DNA of 64,000 nucleotides from the NCBI RefSeq assembly GCF_018977255.1, contig NW_024704753.1, positions 7,440,001 to 7,504,000 on the forward strand, given 5' to 3'. The notes beneath the pieces are model-generated. The model was not told where the DNA came from, searched no databases, and saw nothing but the letters and a program-made list of their open reading frames with translations. This DNA comes from Callorhinchus milii (Eukaryota). Position numbers and translations under genes: made by a program. Positions 12,263-25,143 of this stretch are shown one piece after another. How positions within the stretch are numbered: the first letter of the stretch is position 1; each line of letters begins with the position of its first letter.

Positions 12263-13845
12263 CTGGGCCAACAGAAAAGTGTGAAAATATTTGCCAAAAT
12301 TTGCAGGGAATTGTGGGAGTTGATTGGGCGATTGAGATACATTTTACTGCCAACCTACATTTTTTCACTTTATTGATAAAAACTAAACATGAGGAAATAA
12401 CACATATTAGATCATTGCAACAAAACTTATTAATTTCTTATTTAACAAAAACTGGGTGGCCTTTTGGGGGGAGGTGGGGGGTACCAAGCAGGCATGAAAA
12501 ACAAAAAACAGTGTCCTGACTGCAGGATGACAGGAGCTCACCACCTTCTGCCTCTCAGGGCCCAACACCGCACAGAGAGACTCAGAGAGAGAGACACACA
12601 CACTCACAGACAAAGAGAGAGAGACACACACTCACAGACACGAGAGAGAGACACATTCATAGATACCTGGAGACACACACTCACAGACACAGAGAGAGAC
12701 ACATTCATAGATACATGGAGACACACATTCACAGATACACACACTCACAGACAAAGAGAGAGACACACAGACGCAGAGAGAAGACACACTCAGAAACACA
12801 GAGAGAGAGACACACTCACAGACACACACACACACTCACAGACACAGAGACACACTCACAGACACAGTGACACAAACTCACAGATAGAGAAAGAGACACT
12901 CACAGACACAGAGAGGCACACAGTCACAGACACAGAGCGAGACACACACACACTCAGACATGGAGACACACAACCCATAGACACACAGAGAGAGACACAC
13001 TCACAGACACGCACAATCACAGACACAGAGAGATACACACTCAGACAAAGAGAGACACACACTCACAGACAAAGAGAGAAACACACAGACACAGACATTC
13101 ATAGATACATGGAGACACACACTCACAGACACACACGCTCACAGACAAAGAGAGATACACACAGACAGAGAGAGAGACAGACTCACAAATACAGAGAGAG
13201 AGAGACACACTCACAGACAGAGAGACACACACTCACAGACCCAAAGAGGCACACACTCACAGACACAGAGCAAGACACACACACTCAGACATGGAGAGAC
13301 ACACAACTCACAGATACAGAGAGAGAGAGACACTCACAGACACACACACTCACAGACGCAGAGACACACACTCACAAACACAGAAAGACACACATGCTCT
13401 ACACAAAGAGAAACACATTCTCCGAGAGAGAGAGAGAGAGAGACACATACACATAGACACAAAGAACCACACACACGGGAGAGAGAGACACATACATATT
13501 CACGCAGGGACACTCAGAAACACACACACACATAGAGAAAGAGACAAACAGCACACTCCTACAGACACTCACAAACATAAGGAGGGGAGAGACACATTTA
13601 CATAGAAACACACACAAACATATAGAGAGAGAGACACACACACAGAAACACTCACAAACACATAGAGAGATACACACACACAGAGACGCTCACAAACAGA
13701 GAGAGAGAGAGAGACACACCTAGAAACACTCACAAACATAGAGAGAGACACACACATAGAGACACTCACAGAGAGAGACACACACACACACACATAGAGA
13801 CATTCACAGACACAGAGACACTCACAAACACAGAGAGACAGGGTA
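12263..13845 (+). mobile_element. Probable non-autonomous DNA transposon copy A (one terminus plus internal microsatellite)
   Basis: Starts ctgggccaacagaaaagtg; 12263-12575 is the reverse complement of 22760-22981 plus 21260-21320. Confidence 0.65.
12570..13845. repeat. Compound (AC)/(AG) microsatellite with higher-order units such as acacactcacagac
   Basis: Direct reading. Confidence 0.95.
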
Positions 13846-14860
13846 GAAAAATAAATAAGTAACAATCAACAACAACAGCAACAATAAATAAATTACAATC
13901 AACAACAACAGTAACAACAAGAACTTGCATTAATGTAGAACTCTTCATATAGAATAACACTGCAGTGTGCCTTACAGTGACGGGCACAGAAGCCGAGCAT
14001 GGGGAAGGGCGGAGATGACCAATGCTACAGTCAATATGGTAGGTTTTAATGTAGGACTTGAATTCAGGTAGAGATGGAACAGGGCCGAGGTAGAGGGATT
14101 GATTGAGGGAGTGTTCCAGAGGTTAGGATAAGATGTATCAGCAATCATCTTAAATATTTCTGTGTTTGCAAGGATGGCGACTTTCTCTCTTCCCCCTCAA
14201 GCACTACGGGAATTAAAAATTTCAGCGTTTTCTTTTGAAATGCTACTTGTGCTTGTGAAAGACACCTGTTCCCCATCATCCTCAGCAGCTATGCGCTGAG
14301 CTCAGCGTTTTTCTCTCTTCACTTCATTCCTTAGGACATTTGCAGACTGATGTTATTTTCCAGTTGTACAGCTACTCTTAGATGTCAATTTTTGATAAGC
14401 TGAAAACTTTTCAGCTAATATGAATGTCACTCCGAGCCTTTTTGTGAAAATAATGCATTTCCACCTGAGCCCAGATTTACTCTATTTTCTTAGCATTTCT
14501 GGGTGTTCAGATGGTGGAAAATTCTTAAACACAGTTTTTATTTTTAAACCATTTTTTCTGTGAATTTGTTTTAAGAACCATAGAAGGTCGGCTTCAAAGT
14601 GAAGCCTGAATTCAGTAATTTGCCAAAAATCTGGATTCTCTGAAATGCAAAAATGATAGAGGATATCTACACTGCGTGGAAGTTCATCCCATCTGTGTTT
14701 CAATTTATTTAAATTGCCAACTACGGATTTTAAAAATATGATTCAATATTCATTGCAATGCAAATGTAAGAATTATTATAAATTATGCTAATGATGGATC
14801 ATTTACTGAGAGCTGATATTAAAAGTATTTGACATCTCTACAATTGTTTGCTCTCTCCAG

Positions 14861-14972
14861 CTGGGGAACCCAAGGTGACTTTACCACCACACACCCACTT
14901 CCTGCTGTAAAGGTGAAGCTCTTCACAGAGAGCACTGGTGTGTTGGCTCTGGAGGACAAGGAGCTTGGTCGG
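14861..14972 (+). CDS. CADPS: CADPS coding exon (C2 region), 112 nt
   Basis: ctctctccag acceptor, GTGAGT donor; translates [37 protein letters not shown], matching recalled CAPS protein sequence. Confidence 0.95.
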
Positions 14973-15874
14973 GTGAGTACGCTTTATTTCCTGTGATGAA
15001 TCATTTATGACATGGGGAGCCTGCCAAATCTGCACAGGCTGCCACTAGATCTGGTGCCAAAGGAGTGGTTTTTTACTCCCTACAATAACTTAATATTGCT
15101 GGCCAGAGCACTTTTAGAAGATCACAAATAACTAGACTTCATTTCTTTCTGTGTTAAGTCTGTTTCCATTGGAACACTTTCTGTTGAATTCAGTCTTATA
15201 CAAAGCATTGATTTTGTTATTTGAGATCAGGGTAATGTTAAATATTGTTGCTTGCAGCTTGTAAATCCACCTTCCTAATCCTACAATATCTCTCAATGCA
15301 TGAGATTGCTTCATCTCATTGCTTTGTCTATTGTCATCTCCTCTGTTGACCCTAGACCACTTTAACCAAGAGATCTGGCCTCACAGTCAGTATATGTAAA
15401 AGCATGTCAACAGACTTGCATCTGCTATTTTATCATAGAGCTGTGACTGAAAAGCAAACGTGTGCTGAGAGGGAGGAAAATTATTAACGTAAAACTAATC
15501 AGTTGGGTGGAAGTGATTTCAATGCAAACATATTTATCTCTGCTGGAGATACTGCAGGGGAGAGGACACAATATTCCATATCTTCTGGGCATGCTGAAGG
15601 ATTTAAGGGTGCAAAAAAAGTGACCTAGTACACAATCAAATCAGCCTACTGCCTGTGAGGCATATACACCCAACACCAGTGTGTAGACTCTTGGGATTTC
15701 TCCTTAACTGAAACCAAACAGTGCATCCATTAAAGTGTTGGCATCTCCCCCTCCACCCATGGTGGAAACTAGCTCAGTTGAATAAAATAAATATATTCCC
15801 AGAAACTATATTAAAAGATATTGATCATGTCTGATTCCCTATTCACATTGCATTGTATAATACAATATAATTGT

Positions 15875-16851
15875 AGCAGACTGCAAGAGGACATAGACAG
15901 ACTGTTGAAATGGGCAGGCAAGTGGGAGATGAAGTTTAATGTGGAGAAATGCTAAGTGATGCATTTTGGGAGGAAGAATGAGGAGAGGCAATATAAACTA
16001 TATGGTAAACTCTTAAAGGGGGTGAAGGAACAGAGAGACCTGGAGGTTCATAAAAGTAAACCTTTGAAGGTGGCAGGACAGGTAGATAAAGCTGTTAAAA
16101 AAGCATACGGGATACTAGGCTTTATAAATAGGGGCATAGAATACAAAAGTCAGGAAGTTATGATGAACATTTATAAAACACTGGTTAGGCCTCAGCTAAA
16201 TCACAAAGCATTCTCTAATTTACAAACTTTACAATTACACTTGCCTGATGGTATGAAAATTGTATTAAATTTAATATGATTTCTAGTTTTCCTACTGTGT
16301 TCAGGTCTGGACCCCACACTTTAGGAAGGATGTGAAGGCATTGGAGAGGTTGCAAAGGAGATTTACCAGAATGGTACCAGGAATGAAGGACTTCAGATAT
16401 GAGGAGAGGCTAGAGAAGCTAGGATTATTTTCCTTGGAGCAGAGGAGGTTAAGAGGAGACTTAATAGAAGGTTTCAAAATTACAAGGGGATTCGATAAGA
16501 TGAATAAGGAGAAATTATTTCCACTGGCGGGTGGGTCAGTAACCCGAGGGCACCGATTTAAAATAGTTGTTTAAAGAAACAGAGGGGAGGTGAGGAGCAA
16601 TTTTTTTCACACAGCGAGTTGTTCAGATCTGGAATGCATTGCCTGAAAGAGTGATGGAAGCCAATTTGATAACAACTTTTAAGAAAGAAGTAGATAATTA
16701 TTTTGGGAGGACAAGTTTGCAGGGCTAATGGGGAGAGCTCAGGGGAGTGGGATTGATTTAGATAGCTCTTTTCATCATTTTCAAGATCCGGCATAGGCAC
16801 GATGGGCCAAATGGACTCCTTCTGTGCTGTATAATTCTATGATTCTATGAT
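15875..16851 (+). mobile_element. CR1 LINE 3' part with ~95 bp unrelated insertion
   Basis: LQEDIDRL..MHFGRKN..KAYGILGFINRGIEYKS..LERLQRRFTRMVPG; tail attctatgattctatg. Confidence 0.92.
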
Positions 16852-16994
16852 AAGTTATGCAATGTATACTGCAAACACAGGAAACAAAATGTGACAACTG
16901 ACTGACTTTGAGTTGCAATAAAAGACAGCTTAAAATACATTCATCTTGTCAGGACTTTGAGCTTGTGATTCAGCTACAAGTGCTTTTGAGCCAG

Positions 16995-17310
16995 TCTTTC
17001 CTAGCCTGACACTCCAGTGCAATACTGCTACATTGTTAGAGATGATGTAAAGCTGAGGTCTTGTCTGCCCATTCAGGTGGATGTCAAAGATCCCATGGTA
17101 CTATTTGAAAAGGGAAGTGTTTTTCCCAGAAATTACCAAAAGTTTGATCATTTTATGTTTACGTGTGGGTCATTGCTGTAGGCGTTTTGGGAATGCATTT
17201 GTCTACAACTACAGTCATTACACTTTACAATAAATCCAGCAAAGCATTTTGAGACAGTTCAACGACTTAATAAGGCATTGCAAGCATTATTATTATTATT
17301 ATTATTTTTA
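16995..17310 (+). mobile_element. Old Deu-domain SINE, 5' truncated
   Basis: ctgacactccagtgcaatactg...ttcaggtggatgtcaaagatcccatgg...; ATT tail. Confidence 0.55.
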
Positions 17311-17455
17311 TTCCAAGAAGCCACAATGAGAAGTTAATTCTTTCGTCCGAATTTTTACTGTGTGCCTTCTGACTTGTGAACTCTTGAGAGTGGTGACCAC
17401 TTTTCTAGTATTGTAAATTCAGAGGGTTTCACACTGTTGGTGTCTGAGCACCTGT

Positions 17456-17779
17456 GGAGTCCTGTAGCTCAGTGGTTAGAGCACTCACTTTGCAAGCGAG
17501 AGACCTGAGTTCAATTCCAGGCAGGGCAAAACCTTGGGCAAGTTTCCTTACTCCACACGCCTAATAATAATCCCTCCAAAAACCAAACAAAAATAATAAA
17601 TTGGTCATTTTCAATCTACGACTGTTTGTGGGACATTGCTGTGCGCAATTGGCTGCCGCATTCGCCCACAAATATACAGTCAATTCACTTTACAGTGTGT
17701 TCTGTGAAGCGCTTTGGGACGTCCTCCTGACGTGAAAAGCGCTATATCAAATGCAAGGATTATTATTATTATTATTATT
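17456..17779 (+). mobile_element. Young tRNA-Ala-headed SINE
   Basis: Near-identical to 2416-2736. Confidence 0.92.
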
Positions 17780-18319
17780 TAGTGGATTGATTGATATCCA
17801 AGGGCACTGCTCTCGGTCATCTCTAAAGGTTCAACTCCCACCCCAGTATCAGGCATCATTTTATAAGAACACTATCATTTCCGAGGCTGGGTTCAAACAA
17901 TGTGTATCTGTCAGAATCAGCATTTTGTTTCATGCACAACCTTCCGAAAGAACTCTAGACTTAACTTTCCAAAAGGCAGTTTTGTGAGGGGGGACAGGGG
18001 AAGTACATGTGATTCCTGGGGAGACAGGATCCTTTGTTCAGATTAACTATTTATTTTATTCTCAGTGTGTAAAATGGAAATTATTTGAAGAATAATGATA
18101 ATCAATAATATCCTGCAACCCGTGTAGAAATATTGAAGTGCAGCTGAGCAGATCCAGCTTTGCATATATAATGAAAATCTGCTTCAAAATTGCTAAGTGA
18201 ATTCAGAAAGGGTGGAATTACATTGGTAAAGCTACTGATGTTGGCGGGGTTCAATACAATTTACATTTATATGATGCCTTTCATGTTGGGATGAGCCCTT
18301 CAAATAAATTTGAATTCAT

Positions 18320-18664
18320 GGAGTCCTGTAGCTCAGTGGTTAGAGCAAGTGAGAGACCTGGGTTCGATCCCCGGCAGGGCAAAATGTTGAGCAAGTTTCT
18401 TTAGCAGTAACTAGGAACCTGAATATTAGTCAATTGGTGGGTCACTTTCCAGGCGTAATATTTCCTTCAAAAAAAAATAATAAATTGGTCACTTCAATCC
18501 ACAACTGTTTGTGGGACACTGCTTTGTGCAATTGGCTGCCACGTTTTGCCCACAAAATATACAGTCAATGCACTTTACACTATATTCTGTGAAGCGCTTT
18601 GAGACGGCTCGAAGATGTGATAGGTACTCTATCAAATGCAAGAATTATTATTATTTTTATTATT
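18320..18664 (+). mobile_element. More diverged tRNA-headed SINE subfamily copy
   Basis: Same head with anticodon-arm deletion, B box GGGTTCGATCC, extra internal segment, same tail. Confidence 0.8.
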
Positions 18665-18920
18665 TGTGTTGCAATTTCCCCATTATAAGCATACCGCAGC
18701 AAGGTCAGCAGTTGTACCAATGTGCAGAATTTCACACTTTGACATTTGATTCAGCAACAGGTACTTCTGAGCCAGGCTGCTCAGCCTGTAACAGTTGAGC
18801 TGCCATAGATGCACCAGTATAGTGGCAACAGTTTGGTTAAAATCGGAAAGTTAATTCTCTCCTGAGTTGGTAGCATGTATTGCACATATTTACACTAATT
18901 TATGGTTATGCATATATGTT

Positions 18921-19243
18921 GAGTCCTGTAGCTCAGTGGTTAGAGCACTCGCTTTGCAAGCGAGAGACCTGAGTTCAATTCCAGGCAGGGCGAAACCTTG
19001 GGCAAGTTTCCTTACTCCACACAGAGCCTAATAATAATCCCTCCAAAACCCCAAACAGTAATAAAAATTGATCATTTTCAATCTACGACTGTTTGTGGGA
19101 CATTGCTGTGCGCAATTGGCTGCTGCGTTCGCCCACAAATATACAGTCAATTCACTTTACAGTGTGTTCTGTGAAGCGCTTTGGGACGTCCTCCTGACGT
19201 GAAAAGCGCTATATCAAAATGCAAGGATTATTATTATTATTAT
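18921..19243 (+). mobile_element. Young tRNA-Ala-headed SINE
   Basis: Head with CTCGC-TTTGCAA-GCGAG anticodon arm, full body, (ATT)n tail. Confidence 0.92.
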
Positions 19244-19615
19244 GTCAAGCTGATGAGAAACAACATCAGTGGTCGATTGTTTTAACTGGCAAATTTCTTC
19301 TCGCTGTGAGAATGAGTGTTGCATTGTGTAGAAATGCTTTTATATCAATCGTTGATGATGACGACCATCTGTGCAGCTCTCATTGTATTTGTTGTGTTCC
19401 TAATAGGCTGTCAAGCAATGCAGTCACACAGTAATTGTGCAATGGATCATTCAGTTAATTTCTCTGTCGATTGTCTCTCCTTTGTTGCAATGGCTGGCTT
19501 TATTTCACTGCAGACCAGCTGATCTGCAATAGTCTGTGGTTCCCCTGAGGTTGGCATCTAATTCACCTCAGCCTTGCTCCGACAAATGAAATAGTGTTGT
19601 TTTGAATTTTTTCAG

Positions 19616-19755
19616 GTTGTCTTGCATCCTACACCCAACAGTCCAAAATCAGCTGATTGGCACAAAATGGTTGTTTCGAAAAACAGCACCGACCAAGATC
19701 TAAAAATTAAATTGGCAGTACGGATGGATAAACCGCAGAATATGAAGCACTGTGG
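19616..19755 (+). CDS. CADPS: CADPS coding exon, 140 nt
   Basis: tttttcag / GTAAGT; [46 protein letters not shown](G); in frame with neighbours. Confidence 0.95.
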
Positions 19756-20829
19756 GTAAGTACTGGATTGTGAATTAAAAATACACTTGAAGGAAGTGAT
19801 TGAGATATTGAATTTCTTAATCTGTTGGTTCTGGTAACATATAGGTGACGATTGGTGACATTTGATTAAGCTATGGGTTAGCAGCTACAGATAATGAGTT
19901 GGGTATCAATTACGTGTAATAGGATTGGTGACTGAATGGATACAACCTTCAGGTGTGTTATAAATGCATTTTTAAGGAATCCTAATTGCAAATTCAGATG
20001 TAAAAGGTTATTTCTTAATCTGAAGCCTGGTTTTGCTCCTATCTATTGGTTCCCTCTGCATTTCCAATGTTCTTAAATTTCCTTGAAAGAACACATGGAA
20101 CCCTCTGGTGACAGTTCAGTTTTATTAAGTGGCCTTTGGTGATGTAAAATAAAAGAGAATGAACTTTATCTGTCTGCTTTTTCTGTTTTTATGTCACTTA
20201 AGAAAATACAGAATAAGATCAACTATTTTGCCACCGTAAGATATCAAAACATCTCAACACCACAAAGGAGAATATAATTTGAGATGCTGACCCTCTATTT
20301 TACCAAAGCATATTATTTGGGGAGAAAAGGTTTCTGTGGTGTGATATTCAGCCTTTCAATACGATGTTAATACATCGTCAACCTGATGAAAAATTGTGGA
20401 ATTTGCAAACTCAAGAGAATATTCAGCTGGAGAAGGATAAAGGCTCAATCCTTATGAGAAGCTTGTGAGCTGATTGTAAATTTGTGTAGGCATCAGTAAA
20501 AGATATGAATATGTGATTGCAGCTGTGTAAGTAAGTGGTAAATGGGGCTTGAGGAGCACTGGGGAGCAGCAGTGAAGAAAAACAAAAGTTTAGCAGGAGT
20601 GTAACAGGAAGCAAATAGGTCCTAGAAGTGAGAGGAACAAGAAGGTCTGCCTGGAATTAGCACACCCATTTTATTCACATTGCCGAGCGTGGACTCCATT
20701 GTTTTTAATGATGTATAACTGTTACTGACAAAGGTCGAACATTCCACTGGTCGGGTGGAATACTGATCTTGGTTACAATCACTTGTGCACAACTGTATAC
20801 ATAGCCACCATTAAACATGGGGTCATGGG

Positions 20830-22981
20830 CTGGGCCAATAGAAAAGTGCTGCTGCAATTTTTCCGGGGAATTTGCTACAAGGAACAATTGCCGCTACAAA
20901 CAACCTCCTCCGCTACAAACACCCCCCTATGTATGTGTCTCTCTCCCTGTCTGTGAGTGTGTGTCTCTCTATATCTGAGTGTATGTTTTCCTCTTATGTC
21001 TGTGAGTGTGTATGTCTCTATGAGTTTGTGTCTTTCTCTTTCTGTCTGTGAGTGCGTGTGTCTTTCTCTGTCTCTGAGTTTATATCTCTGATTGTGTGTG
21101 TGTCTCTCTCAGAGTTTAAGTGTATGTTCGTGTGTCTGTGACTTTGTTTCTCTGGGTGTGCACATGTGCGTATGTGTCTGTTTGTGTCTGTGTGTATCTG
21201 TTTTTCTCTCTCTGGGTCTGTGTGTGTGTTTGTGTGTATCTCTCTCTCTCTCTCTCTCTGTCTCTGTGCAGTGGTGGTTCTGAGAAGCAGGAGGTGGTGA
21301 CCTCCTGGAGCCCCACAGTTAGGTGATGTTTAGCAGATCTCCAGGCCTTCAAATGTAGAAACTGCCCTGGTCAAGGTCACCAATGACATCCTGACCATCT
21401 GTGACCAGGGCTCCCTCTGCCTCCTCGTACTCCTCGACCTATCGGCAGCATTCGATACGGTCGACCACGCTATCCTCCTCCACCGCTTGTCCTCCCACCT
21501 CAACCTTCAAGGCCCTGTCCTTCAGTGGTTTAGGTCGTACCTCTCCCACCGTCTTCACTTTGTCTCCACAAATGGCTTTTCCTCCGGCCCCCGCACTGTC
21601 TCGTGCGGTGTCCCTCAAGGCTCTGTCCTCGGTCCCCTCCTCTTCACCCTCTATATGCTCCCCCTGTGGTGACATCATCCGCAGACATGGGGTTAACTTC
21701 CACATGTATGCGGATGACACCCAACTCTACCTTTCCTCCTCTACCCTCAACTCCACGACCACCGATGTCCTGACAGCTGCCTGTCCGACATCGAGTCCTG
21801 GACGAGAGACAACTTTCTTCAGCTCAACGTGCGCAAAACTGAGGCCCTCCTGATTGGCTCACGTCAGCGCCTCCGCACCTCAGGCGCTGACAGCATCAGC
21901 ATCCAAGGCTGCACTCTCCACCTCTCAAAGCCGGTCAGGAACCTCGGTGTTCTGTTCGACCCTGAGCTGTCCTTTCTCCCTCATATTCGCGCCACAACTG
22001 GCACCGCCTTCCATCACCTCCGGAATGTCGCCAGACTACGGCACTACCTCACCCCTCACGCTGCTGAAACTCTGGTCCACACCTTTATCACCCCAAGGCT
22101 GGACTATGGGAACTCTCTCCTTGTCGGCCTTCCCGGCACCTCCCTCCACAAGCTGCAGGTCATTCAGAACTCTGCAGCTCGTGTACTGTCCCGCACCAGG
22201 CTTCGCGATCACATCACTCCCACCCTCGCTCGCCTCCACTGGCTCCCCATCCCCCAGAGGATCAAATTCAAGATCCTCATCCTCACCTACAAGGCCATTC
22301 ACGGTCTCGCTCCCTCCTACCTCTCCGACCTACTATCCCCCTACTTACCTGCCCGTACCCTCCGTTCCTCTGGCTCCGGTCTGCTCCACATCCCCCGCCC
22401 CAACCGCCCTACCATCGGTGGTCGGGCCTTCAGCCTCTCAGCCCTGAGGCTCTGGAACTCTATCCCCCAGTGCCTTCGCCACTTCCTCCCTTTCCTCCTT
22501 CAAGGCCGGTCTCAAGACCTTTCTCTTTGACCGTGCCTTCAGCTCCCCTCTCGACTCTCTACCCCCTCCTCGCTCCCTCCCTTCCCTCCTCTCACCCTGA
22601 CCATTTCCCCCCTGCTCGGGTCCTGACCCAACTGTACAGCTCCTTGGGACGTCGTCCCGACGTGAAAGGCGCTCAATAAATGGGATCTTGTTGTTGTTGT
22701 TGTTGTAGTGCGAGGTGGAAACGAGCCATTCGGCCATTCCCCCCACCCCATTGGGCGACCGAGGTGTTGTTAAAGAAACCATTAATTTTTTTTGCAATAA
22801 TCTAAATCTAATACGTGTTATTTCCTCATGTTTACTTTTGATCAATGAAGTGAAAAAAATTAGGTTAGTGGTAAAATGTATCTCCCAACAACACCAATCA
22901 ACCCCCATGATTTTCTGCAACATTTTGTCAAATTTCCCAGCAATTTTTGACAAATTTTTCCACAATTTTCTATTAGCCCTG
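20830..22981 (-). mobile_element. Probable non-autonomous hAT-like element copy B (both TIRs, imperfect 8-bp TSD), containing a nested L2
   Basis: Left end ctgggccaatagaaaagtg, right end caattttctattagccctg; flanks gtcatggg / gtcatgaa; internal (GT)/(CT) microsatellite ~20930-21270; strand given relative to copy A. Confidence 0.68.
21357..22706 (+). mobile_element. L2 LINE, 5' truncated, few frameshifts
   Basis: [56 protein letters not shown]; 3' end gggacgtcgtcccgacgtgaaaggcgc + (TTG)n. Confidence 0.94.
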
Positions 22982-25129
22982 GTCATGAAACAAACACACA
23001 CACACCAAAAAGAGTAATGTGCACAGGTACGGGGGAAAAGACAGGTCAATGGGACTCAATGGATTGCTCTTTCAAAGAGTCAGCACAGCCACAATGGGCC
23101 AAATCGCCGCCTTCTATGTTAATGTTTCTAATGACATAAAAAGGGCAATTTTTTAGGCTAAAAAGGGCAAATGTGCCTCAAGCTTCACACACAAAGGAAA
23201 ATCACCTGTTTCATTTCTGACATCAGCCATCCTCTATCCTCTCCAGAATACTACTCAAGATTAATTCTCAAGCAGCTAATAGATTGGTGAGACTTGAACA
23301 AGTCTGGCCTGAATTTGAAGCAGTTAAGTTCCACACACAAAGTGTTTTCCTGTTACAAATTGTTGATCCTGACTGACTATCTTTTCATTACCATGTATCT
23401 ATTTACAGTACAAATTAACAGGGTAGGAGACCTCTAACAGAGAATGTTCATTGGTCAAATCAGTATCACAATTGTGTAATTTTGGTGCTTTCTTTGGCTT
23501 TTGATTCTAAAGAAGAATCAAAATGTTTACAGAGATTTTGATAAAAGACCAGTCATTGAGCTGGGAGTTCTGGCACTAAATCTCATTGATGGCATTCAGG
23601 TAGCTCAAACAGAGGGACATTTGACATCCAAGCACAGACCTTCAAATCCCAGTCCTCTCTGGTAACTTGGAGCCTCTTGTCTCAGCCAGCTTTTATGTAC
23701 TCTTTGAGAGGTTCCCCACCTCCACCCTCTCACGGGGCCGCAGGACAGCAGTGAAGAATTTCCCTTTGGGGGAAGAAAAGATATCACCTGCTGACTGAGC
23801 TTGGAAACCCGTAGAGTGGTTTCCACGCCAAAGAAAATGGGGGAAATTGGACAAGCAGACAACGGAGAAAAACTGCAAATGAGCAACAGGAAATAAGGGC
23901 AAATAAAACCCCTTCGAATCCAAAAGTGCTAAATTGTTTCAATAAATCTGATGTTAGTATTTATGATAGGAGAAGGAAAATGGATATTAAATTATTAAGA
24001 AAAGGCAAGCTGGAACATAATTTTAATAGTGAAACTTTGTAATAGATTGATAGGCATTAATAAAATTGCAAACTGATATCATTAGAACTTCTTGTTTCTC
24101 CTGAGGCCATCGCTCCAAACTCTGGCTTCTGCTGATACCAAAAATTTGTATTGGCACCAATATCCTGCAAGCCCAGTCGATGCTTAAATAATGTCATATC
24201 ACTGACAACAGACAGAGAAAATTGATCCTCTCTAACATAGCGAATGGTTCAGAGTGACGCCACTCCACAGCAGAACCATGATCACTTTACACAACGTATC
24301 CTCTGACAATCCTCCACTGCTCACATTGTAACCCAATGCATGCAAATTTTACCTTCATCGCCCACAATGTGCTGTCAAGGTCATTTCATAATGTTGCTGT
24401 TAGGAATGTTGCTTACTAAACCACCTTCTGCAATTCTGCACACGCCTCAGTTGAAGAAGATTGTCTAGACTAAATCAGGCAACAAAATCATGATTTATTT
24501 GCCAGTAACCTGAAATTAAATAAAGATTGTTTGTGTGTTATGTCTACAGTAGGATTAAGTGCCCTTGGAATCAGAAGATTCTCTGAAAGTAAGACTTTCT
24601 TGCAAGGGACTGTGCAGCTAAAAATGTATATTGAGATTAGAGACAGAATTTGGTTTTGCAAAATTGAAATATAATTCTGCATTTTCAGTTGTGAAATTAA
24701 GAGAAACAGACATATAATAAAAGTGGAATTTAATATAGAACTATTATTAGCTACAGTGGAGACTGTAGACATACATAAAATGCAATGGCTTTAACTTCAT
24801 AGCTGTCATCAATACTACAGCCTCCCCAAAACTATAATGGCTTGGGCACAATTCTGATCAGTGTAATCTAATCCTTCAAATCACAGTTTCATTAGAAAGT
24901 GGAAATTGTTGCGGACGTCAGATAAATGTATGCTCTGTCTTCAAGTCGCATTGCTTGACACCAATCCATGCATGGTGAAAGACGTAGGGGGCATTGAATA
25001 AGTTAGAATTTTGTTTTCAGTTGGGGTGTTTTTGAAGATGTTTACAAAATATACATTTTAGCCCCTGTAATTCCTGGTAGCCTTTTTCCTGCCTCTTCCT
25101 CAACAAATTCAGTTCATTCACCCTTGTGT

Positions 25130-25143
25130 CCAGCAGATGGCAC
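25130..25143 (+). promoter_or_regulatory. Candidate CTCF site
   Basis: CCAGCAGATGGCAC matches CTCF core consensus; motif only. Confidence 0.45.

Noticed and set aside
12464-13456. 330-aa ORF rich in T/H/R/E/D and overlapping C/V/S/L ORFs
   Set aside because: Translation of an AC/AG microsatellite that lacks stop codons by composition
12570-13845. CRISPR-like repeat-spacer array
   Set aside because: Low-complexity units with no unique spacers, in a vertebrate intron
1-14860. Further upstream CADPS exons
   Set aside because: No segment encoding the preceding C2 sequence (e.g. YCTMEVEG) found; region appears intronic
18921-18992. Possible tRNA-Ala(TGC) genes at SINE heads (also 2416, 8294, 17456)
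   Set aside because: No proper acceptor stem, and each runs straight into a SINE body and tail
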